Assembly (NCBI GenBank): GCA_964469405.1
Contig: CAYXYP010000002.1
Coordinates: 9,338-73,337, forward strand
DNA length: 64,000 nucleotides
From: an uncultured Candidatus Saccharibacteria bacterium
GTDB taxonomy: Bacteria; Patescibacteriota; Minisyncoccia; Phycocordibacterales; Phycocordibacteraceae
Direction: 5' to 3'
Positions 10,117-20,608 of the stretch are shown here, in pieces; position 1 is the stretch's first letter; every line of letters begins with the position of its first letter. The notes under the pieces were generated by a model. The model worked only from the letters and a program-made list of their open reading frames with translations, was not told the origin of the DNA and did not search any database. A program made the position numbers and the translations under genes.

Positions 10117-11546
10117 AGTCGAGGAAAGAGATTTGTAGGTTTTTTATTAGACCGTACTGCTTCGATAATGAGGGTCGCGGTGTGCGGCATTGCAGGAGCG
10201 AGATGCATGGCGATACTCGCAAGCTGTCGCACTAGATACTCGATATCGTGACGGGCAGAAACCTGTTCCTCTACGATGAGGCTCTTGATTTTCTTATATG
10301 GCATACGCTCTGTCATGAAGACATCAGCGGCTGAGACTTTCGCAAAGACAAAATCCATTGCTTCGTTGAAATGAAACGTCTCGACAGTATCGAAAAATGA
10401 TTTCTCTATCTTTTCATCACCGTCTTCAAGAACGACCGGCTGCGACAGATGTGTTTCGGCAAGTGTCATCACGCGCGCGACGAGATTCCCCAGACCATTG
10501 GTAAGATGGGCGGTATAGTGTTCATGAATCACTTCGAGTGTAAGGTCCGAATCCTCCCTATGACTCGCGTGGCGCATAAGAACATATCGGAGGGCATCGA
10601 CGCCATATATTTTGACGAGATCCAGGGGATTGATGACATTCCCCAATGATTTGCTCATCTTCTGCCCCCCTGAAGTAATGAACCCGTGTATGAAAATATT
10701 TCGCGAGAATGGAAGGCCTGCCGAGAGAAGCATTGCCTGCCACATAGCTGCCTGCTGGCGCAAATTATCCTTCCCCGCCAACTGTGTCACCGGCCACCAT
10801 TTCAAAAAACGCTGGTTATCCTGCGGCCAGCCAATCGCCGATACATAATTTACAAGCGCATCAAACCAGACATACATAACGTGTTCCGAATCATCGGGAA
10901 CAGGCACCCCCCATGCGAGTTTTTCCCGTCGGCGCGAAATGCTGAAGTCCTTCAATCCTGCCGCAACGAAGGACATGAGTTCGTGCATACGTTCTTCCGG
11001 AATGACAAAGTCCTGCTGTGCCGCATACTGAGCGAGCAATACATCCTGATATTTGGAGAATCTGAAGTAGTAATTTTCTTCTTCGCGAATCTCTATATCC
11101 ACATTAGGATGAAGCGGGCAGCGTCCATCGACAAGCTCCGAGTCGGTCTTCGGAAGCTCGCAACCAACACAATATTTCACTTCATAGATTGCCTTGTAGA
11201 TATCATCCGCCTCGACACATTTCTTCCAGAACATTTGTGCAGCGGCAACATGTAAAGGGTCAGTAGTACGAACAAATGAATCGTAAGAAATATCTAGTTG
11301 GTCAGCGAACGTCTTGAAACGCGCAGCATACTCATCGACATATGCTTGGGGACTCTTCCCTTCTTCCTCTGCCTTCCGTTCAATTTTTGCACCATGTTCA
11401 TCGGTACCAATATTGAGAAAAACTTCGACACCTCTTGCACGTAGAGTGCGCGCAAGAACATCGGCCTCGACAAATTCGAGTGCGTGTCCAAGATGCGGAT
11501 CCGCATTCACATAGGGCAGCGTCGTGGTGAGATAGCGCGCACTCAT
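10113..11546 (-). CDS. metG: Methionyl-tRNA synthetase (short form, no C-terminal tRNA-binding domain)
   Basis: PYVN..PHLGH, GTDEHG, YVWFDAL, KMSKS. Confidence 0.95.
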   Translation of the reverse strand: MSARYLTTTLPYVNADPHLGHALEFVEADVLARTLRARGVEVFLNIGTDEHGAKIERKAEEEGKSPQAYVDEYAARFKTFADQLDISYDSFVRTTDPLHVAAAQMFWKKCVEADDIYKAIYEVKYCVGCELPKTDSELVDGRCPLHPNVDIEIREEENYYFRFSKYQDVLLAQYAAQQDFVIPEERMHELMSFVAAGLKDFSISRRREKLAWGVPVPDDSEHVMYVWFDALVNYVSAIGWPQDNQRFLKWWPVTQLAGKDNLRQQAAMWQAMLLSAGLPFSRNIFIHGFITSGGQKMSKSLGNVINPLDLVKIYGVDALRYVLMRHASHREDSDLTLEVIHEHYTAHLTNGLGNLVARVMTLAETHLSQPVVLEDGDEKIEKSFFDTVETFHFNEAMDFVFAKVSAADVFMTERMPYKKIKSLIVEEQVSARHDIEYLVRQLASIAMHLAPAMPHTATLIIEAVRSNKKPTNLFPRL

Positions 11547-11554
11547 ACAAAAAT

Positions 11555-12613
11555 CTAAGATTGTCCGGATAGACGACGCTTCTTCTTGTCGAAATCCGAG
11601 ATGAATTCAAGAGCTACTGCTGCAACTGGAACCGAAAGCATGGCGCCCAAGAAACCAGCAAGAGTATAGCCTGCGATAAGAGCGACGATGACCAAGAGTG
11701 GCGGAACACCGACAATTTTTTTTACGATGAGCGGGTAGATGAGATTTGCTTCGAATTGATTAACAACAACGTAGAGACCGAGAACAATCGCTGCGAGCGA
11801 GATTCCGCCATCAGAATATCCAACCGTGACCGCTATCGCTCCCGCTATCAAAGACCCGAAGATGGGGATGATTTCCGCAAGTGCGGTAAAAACAGATATA
11901 AGAAGCGCGTATGGAATGCCTATGATAAGAAGTCCGAGATACACGAGTATGGCGACGATTACAGAAAGAAGTATTTGCCCTTGCATCCAGAGCCCTATTT
12001 TCTTCTGCGAGCGCTTCCAGAGATCGACAGCATATTCCTCATGCTCAGCCGGCATCACCAGACGAAGAAAGTCGTCAACGCCCGTATCTTGGAGCGCGAA
12101 GTAGAAAGAGAGTGTGATGACCAAAACAAGAGAGAAGATACCACCGAAAAAAGTAACGAAGAGCTGCAATACACCGCCCGAGCTCGCTGCGAAAACAGAC
12201 TGGAACGAGAGGAGCGTTTGCATAAATGATTGCATCCCCGATTGCCCGTTCACAAAACCTGTCGCTTGTGCGATGTTCGATAATGAAGTGGGAACATTTA
12301 TGATATCGAGATACCGCGGCATTGCGGAGAGGAAATTCGTCGCATCAGCGATAATCGGCGGGAAAAAGAAATACAGGAGACAGAAGACAGACCCGAAAAC
12401 GAGTACGTAGACTAGCAGCGCGGCAGCAAAGCGCGGTATGTTCTGCCGGATGAAAAATGCGATTTGAGGCTCTATGGCCGATGCGATGACAATCGCGGTC
12501 AGCACAAGGAGCACAAGATCCCAAAGCAGCCAGAATACATATGCCCCAGCGACGATGAATAGCGTAGCGAGGATTGTGCCCGGCGTGATGGAAACGCGGA
12601 TTTCCTTACCCAT
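11555..12613 (-). CDS. AI-2E (PerM/UPF0118) family transporter
   Basis: Multi-TM protein with IPIFG, QFEANLIYP, GFLGAMLSVP. Confidence 0.88.
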   Translation of the reverse strand: MGKEIRVSITPGTILATLFIVAGAYVFWLLWDLVLLVLTAIVIASAIEPQIAFFIRQNIPRFAAALLVYVLVFGSVFCLLYFFFPPIIADATNFLSAMPRYLDIINVPTSLSNIAQATGFVNGQSGMQSFMQTLLSFQSVFAASSGGVLQLFVTFFGGIFSLVLVITLSFYFALQDTGVDDFLRLVMPAEHEEYAVDLWKRSQKKIGLWMQGQILLSVIVAILVYLGLLIIGIPYALLISVFTALAEIIPIFGSLIAGAIAVTVGYSDGGISLAAIVLGLYVVVNQFEANLIYPLIVKKIVGVPPLLVIVALIAGYTLAGFLGAMLSVPVAAVALEFISDFDKKKRRLSGQS

Positions 12614-12718
12614 ACGGGCATCGTAACATACGATACTTCATCTGTGACACATCGTTACCCTCAAATCAGCGAATTCGCCTACAGAGCTACTGGCTGAGCC
12701 CCATAATAAGCAAGTCTT

Positions 12719-14044
12719 CTATTGGATTGCAGAGCGTATACGCTCTGCAACTTCGGAGATAGTGAGACGTTCCTGCTCGCCAGTATCGCGATGACGCAGA
12801 GTGACTGTATCTTTGAGCTCTGGTGTTTCGCCAAGAGTATCGAAATCGACCGTAACGCAGAATGGCGTACCGATTTCGTCTTGACGACGATAACGCTTGC
12901 CAATATTGCCATTGTCATCCCAGGCGATTGCTGAATGTACTTTCTTAAGCTCTGCGCGCACTTCGCGAGCCTTTGCAACGAGCTCTGGTTTGTTTTTCAA
13001 CAGAGGAGAGACCAGTGCTTTCACTGGCGCTATACGCGGAGCGAGCGCGAGATACGTACGTACTTCCCCACCTATATCATCTTCGCGATACGCACTCGCA
13101 AGTACTGCGAGCACAGTGCGATCAACACCCAACGACGGCTCGATGACATGCGGAATGAATTTTTCTTTCGTCTCTTCATTAAGATACGAGAGCTCAATGT
13201 TAGTTGCGCGCGAGTGAACAGCAAGATCAAAATCGCCACGATATGCGAGACCCCAGAGCTCCTTGCGGCCAAATGGATAGTCGAATTCAAAATCGATAGT
13301 GCGCTTACTGTAGTGCGCACGGTCGGCATCAGAGACCTCCAACTCATGCACCATGCCCTGGGGTAGTCCGAGCGACTCAGCAAAGAGATGCATCGTCTTC
13401 CGCCATTCCTCAAATGCCGATTCCCAGATAGAAGGATGTACAAAATATTCCACCTCCATTTGTGAGAGTTCACGCAAGCGGAAAATAAAGTCACGTGGTG
13501 CAATCTCATTACGGAATGCCTTCCCTATCTGCGCAATACCGAACGGAAGTTTCGGATGGAGTGAGTCAACAACATGTTTAAAGTTCGTAAAAATACCGCC
13601 GGCGGTTTCAGGTCGTAGATACACAACTGCCGAAGTGTCTTCGGTGGAGCCCGCATGCGTTTTAAACATCATATTAAATTGCCGAACATCACCTAACGAC
13701 CCCTTACATTCGGGGCACTTCTTTGAACCATCAAGGTGATCCGCACGGAAACGTCTTTTGCACTCCTCACATTCAACAAGAGGATCGGAGAACCCGGAGA
13801 CGTGTCCACTCGCTTCCCACACTTTCGGATTCATCAGAATTGTCGCATCGACGCCATATATATCATCGCGATCATCGCGGAACATTTGCAACCAAAGATG
13901 CTCTACATTTTCTTTAAGGACAACCCCTAGAGGTCCGTAGTCAAAAGTGCCAGCAAGCCCGCCATAAATCTCGGAGCCGGGAAAAATGAACCCGCGACGC
14001 TTCGCAAGAGAGATAATCTTTTCCATCAGATTTTGATCAGCCAT
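12719..14044 (-). CDS. glyQS: Glycyl-tRNA synthetase, homodimeric (alpha2) type
   Basis: KRRGF...EIYGG, LRPETA, GKAFRNEI, IEPS.G.DR, IGKRYRRQDEIGTP. ATG 14044 preferred as start. Confidence 0.95.
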   Translation of the reverse strand: MADQNLMEKIISLAKRRGFIFPGSEIYGGLAGTFDYGPLGVVLKENVEHLWLQMFRDDRDDIYGVDATILMNPKVWEASGHVSGFSDPLVECEECKRRFRADHLDGSKKCPECKGSLGDVRQFNMMFKTHAGSTEDTSAVVYLRPETAGGIFTNFKHVVDSLHPKLPFGIAQIGKAFRNEIAPRDFIFRLRELSQMEVEYFVHPSIWESAFEEWRKTMHLFAESLGLPQGMVHELEVSDADRAHYSKRTIDFEFDYPFGRKELWGLAYRGDFDLAVHSRATNIELSYLNEETKEKFIPHVIEPSLGVDRTVLAVLASAYREDDIGGEVRTYLALAPRIAPVKALVSPLLKNKPELVAKAREVRAELKKVHSAIAWDDNGNIGKRYRRQDEIGTPFCVTVDFDTLGETPELKDTVTLRHRDTGEQERLTISEVAERIRSAIQ

Positions 14045-14054
14045 AGGGGTGGAA

Positions 14055-15953
14055 TTATTGCACAATTGCGTTTGCAGCGACATACCCCGGATCTCCTTTC
14101 GTTTCGGTTGTCGCTGGATCTGCCGTCGCGGTGACCGTCACACCCGCGAAGCGATCATAGCCCGAGAAAGATACCGCCCCCGTAAGAGCTGGTACGCTAC
14201 CCTTCTGCGAAGAAGAAGGAGTAAGAGAAACTTGAAACGCACCCTGCACTGAAGATCCTTGAGCAAGATCGCCCGTATTCCACGAGACGGTGTGCGATGA
14301 CGTATCGTACGAGAAAGATCCGGCACCAGAAGTCGCTCCCGTATAGGCGACGTAGCCCGGCAAGGTCGCACTAGCGGAACCACCAGCAACCGCACTTCCT
14401 TTATTTTGCAGGTTCCAGACAATGGTGTAAGTCGTCGGTGTGTTAGCGCGTGGAGGAACAGGACCACTGGTACTCAAAGATCCCGAACTATGAAGCGATG
14501 AGGCACCTAGCGCAACTGTCGTTGCGACTTTTGCAGTCTTGGTTACAGAAGAACTTATCTGTTCTGGTACATTCGTCTGTCCCACGCGCGTACCCGATAC
14601 GGAAATCGTGAACATTATTGTCGGAGCAGAAACGAAAGTACTGAGTGGCAATGTCGAAAAAGTGAACGCTCCGATACCAGAAGCACCAGGTGCCAGCATC
14701 GCGAGAACCGAATCACTATCCCTGCTAAACACAATCGTGTGGTCAGCAGACCGATAGAACCCACTCTGGGCACGAATGCTTTCGTAATCAACAGCCGTGC
14801 CCGAAATTGCGATTTCAACTGTCGCGTTTGTAATACTCGTAGAAAGAGTATTGGCATAAGAAATCGTGACGTTCTGATTGCTTCCGGGAGAAACAACTGC
14901 ATTTTCTCTTGTGTCACCATTGATTGCGATACTCGTATTGATAAAGGGCGCCGTAATCGCAATCGTCGATTCTTGAGTCATATAGGAGACGGCGAGCGTA
15001 TGGTCTTTCGCAGACTTCGCAGTCCCAATAGTGAAGTGGAAGACTCGTTGTTCTTTGTCCTGTCCCACAAGCGTGCCGGTAAGCGTTATCGTCTTCTGTG
15101 CGCCAGGCAACATAGTGCCGATAAAGAAACTTGAGTTACTGAGAGGGATCGATGATGAAACTACCGAAAACCCGAAAGGGAACGCCCCCGTAAGGACCAC
15201 GTCCGGAAGTGGTGTTGTTGCATTCGAACGAAGCAGGAGAGTAAGCGTGATTGGTTTGCCTGACACAGTTTCGGCGAGAGTATCAACCGAGAGCGAGAGC
15301 GGGGTTGAAGAGATCGTAAGTCCATAGGAAGATTTTTTCACGAAGACAGCATTTGAACCAAGCGTACTGTAGGAAAGAGATGTAGGTAGGGCGAGACTCT
15401 GCCCCTCCCGACCGAACATAATCGCTTTCACTGAGCGAGTCACTGTCGCACCACTCGCGAGCGTACCAAGATTCTCGACATACCGCGGATACGCACTCAA
15501 GACATCAGTCGCGTTCCTTGTACCATTCGGAAAATCAATCTCGATGGTCGCATTTTCTATCGCAACCGAGTTCTTATTTGTAATAGTGAGCAAGAGTGGG
15601 ACCGTATCGCCGCCAGCGATTGTTGTTGGGCCCTGGATATCGGTGATAATTTTATCTACCGACACTGAATTGCCCCCAAAATAGAAGAAGTAGGCAACGC
15701 CACCAAGTGAAACGAGGAAGAAAAGGAGTGCGACTATAAAAAATATTCCCGCGAAATGTACTTGCTGTCGACCACGATGCGGAAGAGGAGTGTCTGGAAG
15801 TGGAACTTCTTCCCAAGCATGAGGCAGAGACCTCGTATCAGAGTCGGCCAGTGGCGCTCGCATATTTTGCACGGGGGCACCGGGAACGTAGAGGCGTGCG
15901 CGTGCACGCTCAAGCGAGCCAGTATCATCATCTTCGGGGCGAGGTAGCATCAC
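14055..15953 (-). CDS. Single-TM protein with large extracellular Ig/DUF11-like beta domains
   Basis: One TM helix followed by ~540 aa of S/T-rich beta-strand sequence. Confidence 0.7.
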   Translation of the reverse strand: MMLPRPEDDDTGSLERARARLYVPGAPVQNMRAPLADSDTRSLPHAWEEVPLPDTPLPHRGRQQVHFAGIFFIVALLFFLVSLGGVAYFFYFGGNSVSVDKIITDIQGPTTIAGGDTVPLLLTITNKNSVAIENATIEIDFPNGTRNATDVLSAYPRYVENLGTLASGATVTRSVKAIMFGREGQSLALPTSLSYSTLGSNAVFVKKSSYGLTISSTPLSLSVDTLAETVSGKPITLTLLLRSNATTPLPDVVLTGAFPFGFSVVSSSIPLSNSSFFIGTMLPGAQKTITLTGTLVGQDKEQRVFHFTIGTAKSAKDHTLAVSYMTQESTIAITAPFINTSIAINGDTRENAVVSPGSNQNVTISYANTLSTSITNATVEIAISGTAVDYESIRAQSGFYRSADHTIVFSRDSDSVLAMLAPGASGIGAFTFSTLPLSTFVSAPTIMFTISVSGTRVGQTNVPEQISSSVTKTAKVATTVALGASSLHSSGSLSTSGPVPPRANTPTTYTIVWNLQNKGSAVAGGSASATLPGYVAYTGATSGAGSFSYDTSSHTVSWNTGDLAQGSSVQGAFQVSLTPSSSQKGSVPALTGAVSFSGYDRFAGVTVTATADPATTETKGDPGYVAANAIVQ

Positions 15954-15963
15954 ACGTAGTATA

Positions 15964-16533
15964 TCAAAGACCCGAAGCTGTAATGCCGCGATTGATACGT
16001 GCTATATACCGTATGCGCTCAGCCTCGACCGAAACAAGGAGCGGTGCGGTAAATAGGGATGAGTTACCTGGAATCTCGCCTGCATCAAGTCCGAGGGCCG
16101 CGAGCGTACGAAGAGCCGCGAGCATTTCAGCGGCTTCGTGCGCAGTGTCAGGAAGCAGAACGAGCGCTTCAAAGAAGCCTCTGATAATCGGAAAAAGTTC
16201 GGGATTATGTTCCTCTCCAGCGACAAGCCGCAGCAAGAGACCCGAGACACGTGCCGCTCGCCGGCGCGATCCAGACTGATCCATTTTCGTGAACCACGCC
16301 TCTTCAAGCACCGCTCCAACAACACGCCACCCTTCTTTCCCTCGTACAAGTACCACATCACTCTCTGCGAGAGTTACGAGTGCGGCAGCGAGTTTCGCGC
16401 CGGGACGGCGCAAACCTTGTGCACGAGCACGCACGATACCAAGCCCGGGAGTGAGGAGTGTTACAAATGCGTTCGCCTCTCCAACAGAAGTCCGGGAGAG
16501 CACAATGCCGCGCGTCTCGTATTTATGCCGCAT
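15964..16533 (-). CDS. recO: DNA repair protein RecO (short)
   Basis: GIVL....GEAN....LLT...G...A.A.G.R OB-fold. Start MRHKY at 16533. Confidence 0.85.
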   Translation of the reverse strand: MRHKYETRGIVLSRTSVGEANAFVTLLTPGLGIVRARAQGLRRPGAKLAAALVTLAESDVVLVRGKEGWRVVGAVLEEAWFTKMDQSGSRRRAARVSGLLLRLVAGEEHNPELFPIIRGFFEALVLLPDTAHEAAEMLAALRTLAALGLDAGEIPGNSSLFTAPLLVSVEAERIRYIARINRGITASGL

Positions 16534-19321
16534 CGCGAATAAGATTAAACCGCACGATGCCGGTCGAGAGTTGTATGGAGTGCTTCCCTTCTGAAGAAAT
16601 TTCCGTACGGGCCTTATCTCTCGGAGAAAATCCCTCGGTCTTACGCGCTTCAGCGACCGCGCGAGCAAGATCACGCTCATCACCTTCGATAATGAGTTCG
16701 GGCGTAAGTACAGTATCGAGTGCGAGTTCTTTCCCTGTAACTATTTTTTTGACATTCACTTCTTCAACAAGAATTTGCGAGAGTTCCGGAGAAAGCATGT
16801 CCGGTACCGCGAGAGATGCAAGTGGCTGACGCACTTTAATGCCTGCTTTTTGTCTGAGTTGTAATGCCTCCGATGCGAGAGTGCGTATTCGCGCCATTTC
16901 ATCGATGAGTCTAGCGCCTTCCCCTCGAGTAAACATATTCATGATGCTGAACGATTTTTTTGATTCTATCCAATCGGCGAGATGCACGCTTTGTGGATCG
17001 TCTGTAATACGGGTACTCTGGAAAACTTCTTCTGCTATAAAGGGCATCGCTGGTGCCATAACAATAGAAAGAGTATGGAGTACATACCGAAGCGTAGCGA
17101 GTGCTTCAGTCTTCTCTTTTCCCTCTTCTTTAAACCGGTCGCGCGAGCGGCGCAGGTACCACACTGACAAATCATCTATGAATGCCGCGAGCGGCCGAGT
17201 CGCTGTATCCAACTCATATTTCTCGTATCCATTTGTTGTTTCGTTTATCAACTCCTTGAGTCGGGCGAGAATCCATTGATCAAGGATATTTGTACTCCTA
17301 TCCGCCCGATCTGTTTTGTCTTCATATAGCTTATAAAATGAGAGCACGTTATTTAGACGCCCAATATTTTTCTTCGCCATTTCGTCAACACCAGCCTCCA
17401 AGAAGCTCAAGTTTTCTGCCTCCATGACAGGTGACGAAAGCAAGTAGAGACGGAGCGCATCGGCACCGTACTTCTCTACTATATTCATTGGGTCAGGGTA
17501 ATTCTGAAGCCTCTTGGACATTTTCTTCCCATCCTCGGCCAACATAGTGCCATTGACAACAACATTCTGAAAAGTGTTTTTATTGAAAAGTGCGGCGCCA
17601 AGAACATGCAGATAGTAGAACCATGCGCGTGTCTGATCTATCCCCTCGGCAATAAACTGCGCAGGAAATGCAGCTTCGAACTGTTCCTTATGTTCAAAAG
17701 GATAGTGTTTTTCGCCATACGGCATTGAGCCCGAATCAAACCAGGTATCGAGCACATCGGGAATGCGACGCATCTCTCCGCCGCATTGGCACGGCACAAC
17801 AATTTCATCGACAATATGCTTATGCAGGTCGTCGACCTTCTTCCCGCTGGCCGCCTCGAGCTCCACGGCACTCCCAAAAACCTTCTGCTTCTTGCATGTA
17901 CCGCAGACCCACAGAGGGATGACGCTTGCCCAGAAACGCTGACGAGAAATCGACCAGTCACGTGCTCCCTCAAGCCACTTACCGAATCTTCCCTCTTTTA
18001 TGTGCTCCGGTGACCAATTGATATTCTCTGCGTTCTTGAGCAGATCTTCTTTAATTTTCGTCACGGATACGAACCACGAGGTCGTCGCATAATTAAGAAG
18101 TGGTGTATCGCATCGCCAACAATGAGGATATGCATGAACAATATTTTCTTTTGAAAAGAATGTGCCGTTATCCTGAAGGTATTCCAGTATCGCGATGTCT
18201 GTTCCAAGTCGGACTTTGTCATCATCCGATCGTGGCTTGGCCTCCATACCTATAAAATCTTTTACCTCTGACTTGAAAATACCATCCATACCCACATGCT
18301 GAATAAATGGAAGATTTTCTTTCTTCCCGAGCGCCATGTCATCTTCTCCAAACGCAGGAGCGATATGTACGATTCCCGTACCAGAGTCAGAAGTTACGAA
18401 ATCCGCCGCATACATTTTCCATCCGTTTTTGTGATTTTTGAGCGTTGTATCTTTGATGTAATAATCGAAAGGAGGTTTGTATGCTCTTCCGACAAGATAT
18501 TTGCCTGGAAATTCTTCGATAATTTCCCCTGGAAATTTATGCAGGGAGGTCTTCGCTGCAATATACAATTCTCCAGCCCATTTAAATTTTGCATAGACCG
18601 CTTCCGGATTGACTGCTGCGGCAACATTTCCCGGTAGAGTCCATGGCGTCGTCGTCCACGCGATCATAAAAGTTCCTGGCTCGTCGACAAGTTCAAACTT
18701 CACCGTTACAGAAATATCCTTTACCTCCTTATACCCTTCCGCGACTTCTTGCTGCGACAATGTCGTCTCGCAACGCGGGCAAATATGCATCGAACGGTAG
18801 TCCTCGTACACGAGACCCTTATCGTAGATTTGCTTGAATACCCACCACACGGATTCCATGAATGGTTTGTCCATGGTGCGGTACGCATGTTCCATATCCA
18901 CCCAGCGACCAATGCGTGGAATTATTTTCTCCCACTCCTGCGCGTATGTAAGAACCCGTTCTCGACAGCGCTCGTTGAACTTCGCGATCCCGTATTCTTT
19001 TATGTCTTTTTTATGCTTGAACCCTAGCTCTTTCTCTACAATATTTTCTATAGGCAAGCCATGGCAGTCCCATCCCCAAACTCGCGGCACATGGTAGCCC
19101 CGCATAGTCCAGTAACGCGGTACTGCGTCTTTAATGACACTCGCGACGATATGGCCATAGTGCGGAAGTCCAGTCGCAAATGGTGGACCATCATAGAAAA
19201 CGAAATCGCCTTTGGGGGATTCCTTAGCCAGTGATTTCTCAAAAATGCGTTCACGCTCCCAAAAAGCAAGTATCGCTTCCTCGCGTTTCGCAGCTTCTGA
19301 TTTCTCGATACCATCCCCCAT
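16523..19321 (-). CDS. ileS: Isoleucyl-tRNA synthetase (IleRS2 type)
   Basis: FYDGPPFATGLPHYGH, WTTTPWT, DW.ISRQR.W, KMSKR. Confidence 0.97.
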   Translation of the reverse strand: MGDGIEKSEAAKREEAILAFWERERIFEKSLAKESPKGDFVFYDGPPFATGLPHYGHIVASVIKDAVPRYWTMRGYHVPRVWGWDCHGLPIENIVEKELGFKHKKDIKEYGIAKFNERCRERVLTYAQEWEKIIPRIGRWVDMEHAYRTMDKPFMESVWWVFKQIYDKGLVYEDYRSMHICPRCETTLSQQEVAEGYKEVKDISVTVKFELVDEPGTFMIAWTTTPWTLPGNVAAAVNPEAVYAKFKWAGELYIAAKTSLHKFPGEIIEEFPGKYLVGRAYKPPFDYYIKDTTLKNHKNGWKMYAADFVTSDSGTGIVHIAPAFGEDDMALGKKENLPFIQHVGMDGIFKSEVKDFIGMEAKPRSDDDKVRLGTDIAILEYLQDNGTFFSKENIVHAYPHCWRCDTPLLNYATTSWFVSVTKIKEDLLKNAENINWSPEHIKEGRFGKWLEGARDWSISRQRFWASVIPLWVCGTCKKQKVFGSAVELEAASGKKVDDLHKHIVDEIVVPCQCGGEMRRIPDVLDTWFDSGSMPYGEKHYPFEHKEQFEAAFPAQFIAEGIDQTRAWFYYLHVLGAALFNKNTFQNVVVNGTMLAEDGKKMSKRLQNYPDPMNIVEKYGADALRLYLLSSPVMEAENLSFLEAGVDEMAKKNIGRLNNVLSFYKLYEDKTDRADRSTNILDQWILARLKELINETTNGYEKYELDTATRPLAAFIDDLSVWYLRRSRDRFKEEGKEKTEALATLRYVLHTLSIVMAPAMPFIAEEVFQSTRITDDPQSVHLADWIESKKSFSIMNMFTRGEGARLIDEMARIRTLASEALQLRQKAGIKVRQPLASLAVPDMLSPELSQILVEEVNVKKIVTGKELALDTVLTPELIIEGDERDLARAVAEARKTEGFSPRDKARTEISSEGKHSIQLSTGIVRFNLIRDAA

Positions 19322-19349
19322 AATTCCTCTATCCTAGCGTTTGCAGGGC

Positions 19350-19391
19350 AAAAAAGGAAACGACTGCAAGGAAAGGATCCTTGCAGTCGTT
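19350..19391 (-). terminator. Intrinsic terminator
   Basis: AACGACTGCAAGGA/TCCTTGCAGTCGTT stem followed by a U-tract on - strand. Confidence 0.75.
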
Positions 19392-19407
19392 ATTGAGACC
19401 GAATAGC

Positions 19408-19737
19408 CTATGCGGCTGGGGAAGACAGTCGGGTAAGCTCCCTCGATCTCAAACTTGAGACTGAACTTCGCAATATCATAAATTGTTTATCCGGACTCTT
19501 GCTTGCCAACATCTTGTCAGCAAGAGAGAGGACACATTCCGGAATCTCGTAACCTTCCGGAACGGGCTTTCCAGATACGAAAGCGCCGAAACTCTTAAGT
19601 TCTTCTACCATGTTAAATGGTGGTGGCACTCTTGCGCACCTAGAGTCTCTCGCAACAGCGAAAAACGCCCCCATCGTAGAACAACTTAATCTTATGGCCT
19701 CCTCCACACGACGGGCGGTTGTCTGACCGTTTGACAT
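19408..19737 (-). CDS. Hypothetical protein
   Basis: 109-aa ORF with purine-rich SD-like upstream sequence and its own terminator. Confidence 0.5.
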   Translation of the reverse strand: MSNGQTTARRVEEAIRLSCSTMGAFFAVARDSRCARVPPPFNMVEELKSFGAFVSGKPVPEGYEIPECVLSLADKMLASKSPDKQFMILRSSVSSLRSRELTRLSSPAA

Positions 19738-19881
19738 ACTGAGACCCCCTCTCTAATCGAACCGTACGGAATTGTGCAGTCCGTGGAAAACTTTATCGCA
19801 GAGAATGACTCTGTGCAACTTACATTTGCTTCGGGGTGGGGATACCGATTTCAAAAAGACAGCTCACCACTGATGATGAAT

Positions 19882-20601
19882 TTACTTGAACGTAAAGTGC
19901 TTCAATTCGTATATAGTATCTTTTCTCTCAACAATGATGGTCCATTTTTTCTTTTTTGCATGCTGTGCCAGTTTTTTGTTCGGATTGAACGCAATAGGAC
20001 GCCCCACCATTTCAAGAAAACAAATATCCCCTTCAGTATCTCCTACACCAACCGAATTTTGCCAATCAACAAGCATATTTTCTTCTTTAACAAAAGCCCG
20101 CAATAGACTGTCTTTGTTATACAAAGACGTAAAATCAATGTCCTTCCCAGTGAAAATTCCTTCTTTTACTTCGGCATGAGAACCAAATGAAGCATCAAAG
20201 TTAAACTGTTTGCAAAACATTCTTACTATGTCATCGAGTGATCCCGAGATCGCAATTGTATAATATCCTTCCTTTTTTAATCGATGAATTAGATCCCTAG
20301 TGAAGCGGTATACTTTGTTTTTTTGAGTCGAAATTATTTCTTTCGCAATAGCATCAATATCTGTTTTTTTCTTTCCTTTGATATATTTTGTATATAACTG
20401 TATGACTTCATCCCTATACCGATTAAATTCCCCTGTTCTGTGAAACCACGGGAGATAATATTTTTCTATTTCCTTTTCAGCTTTCTTGGGAAATATGCCA
20501 CGATTGACCAAAGCATGAAAGAGTTCAAAAAATAAAGCGGAACGGAAGATCGTGCCATCGATATCGAATACAGCCAATCTAATTTTTTTAGCTTTTTTCA
20601 T
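19882..20601 (-). CDS. HAD-IB (SerB-like) phosphatase
   Basis: FDIDGT, ISGS, GDTEGD, FNPNKKL. Start MKKAKK at 20601. Confidence 0.88.
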   Translation of the reverse strand: MKKAKKIRLAVFDIDGTIFRSALFFELFHALVNRGIFPKKAEKEIEKYYLPWFHRTGEFNRYRDEVIQLYTKYIKGKKKTDIDAIAKEIISTQKNKVYRFTRDLIHRLKKEGYYTIAISGSLDDIVRMFCKQFNFDASFGSHAEVKEGIFTGKDIDFTSLYNKDSLLRAFVKEENMLVDWQNSVGVGDTEGDICFLEMVGRPIAFNPNKKLAQHAKKKKWTIIVERKDTIYELKHFTFK

Positions 20602-20608
20602 ACGGAAA

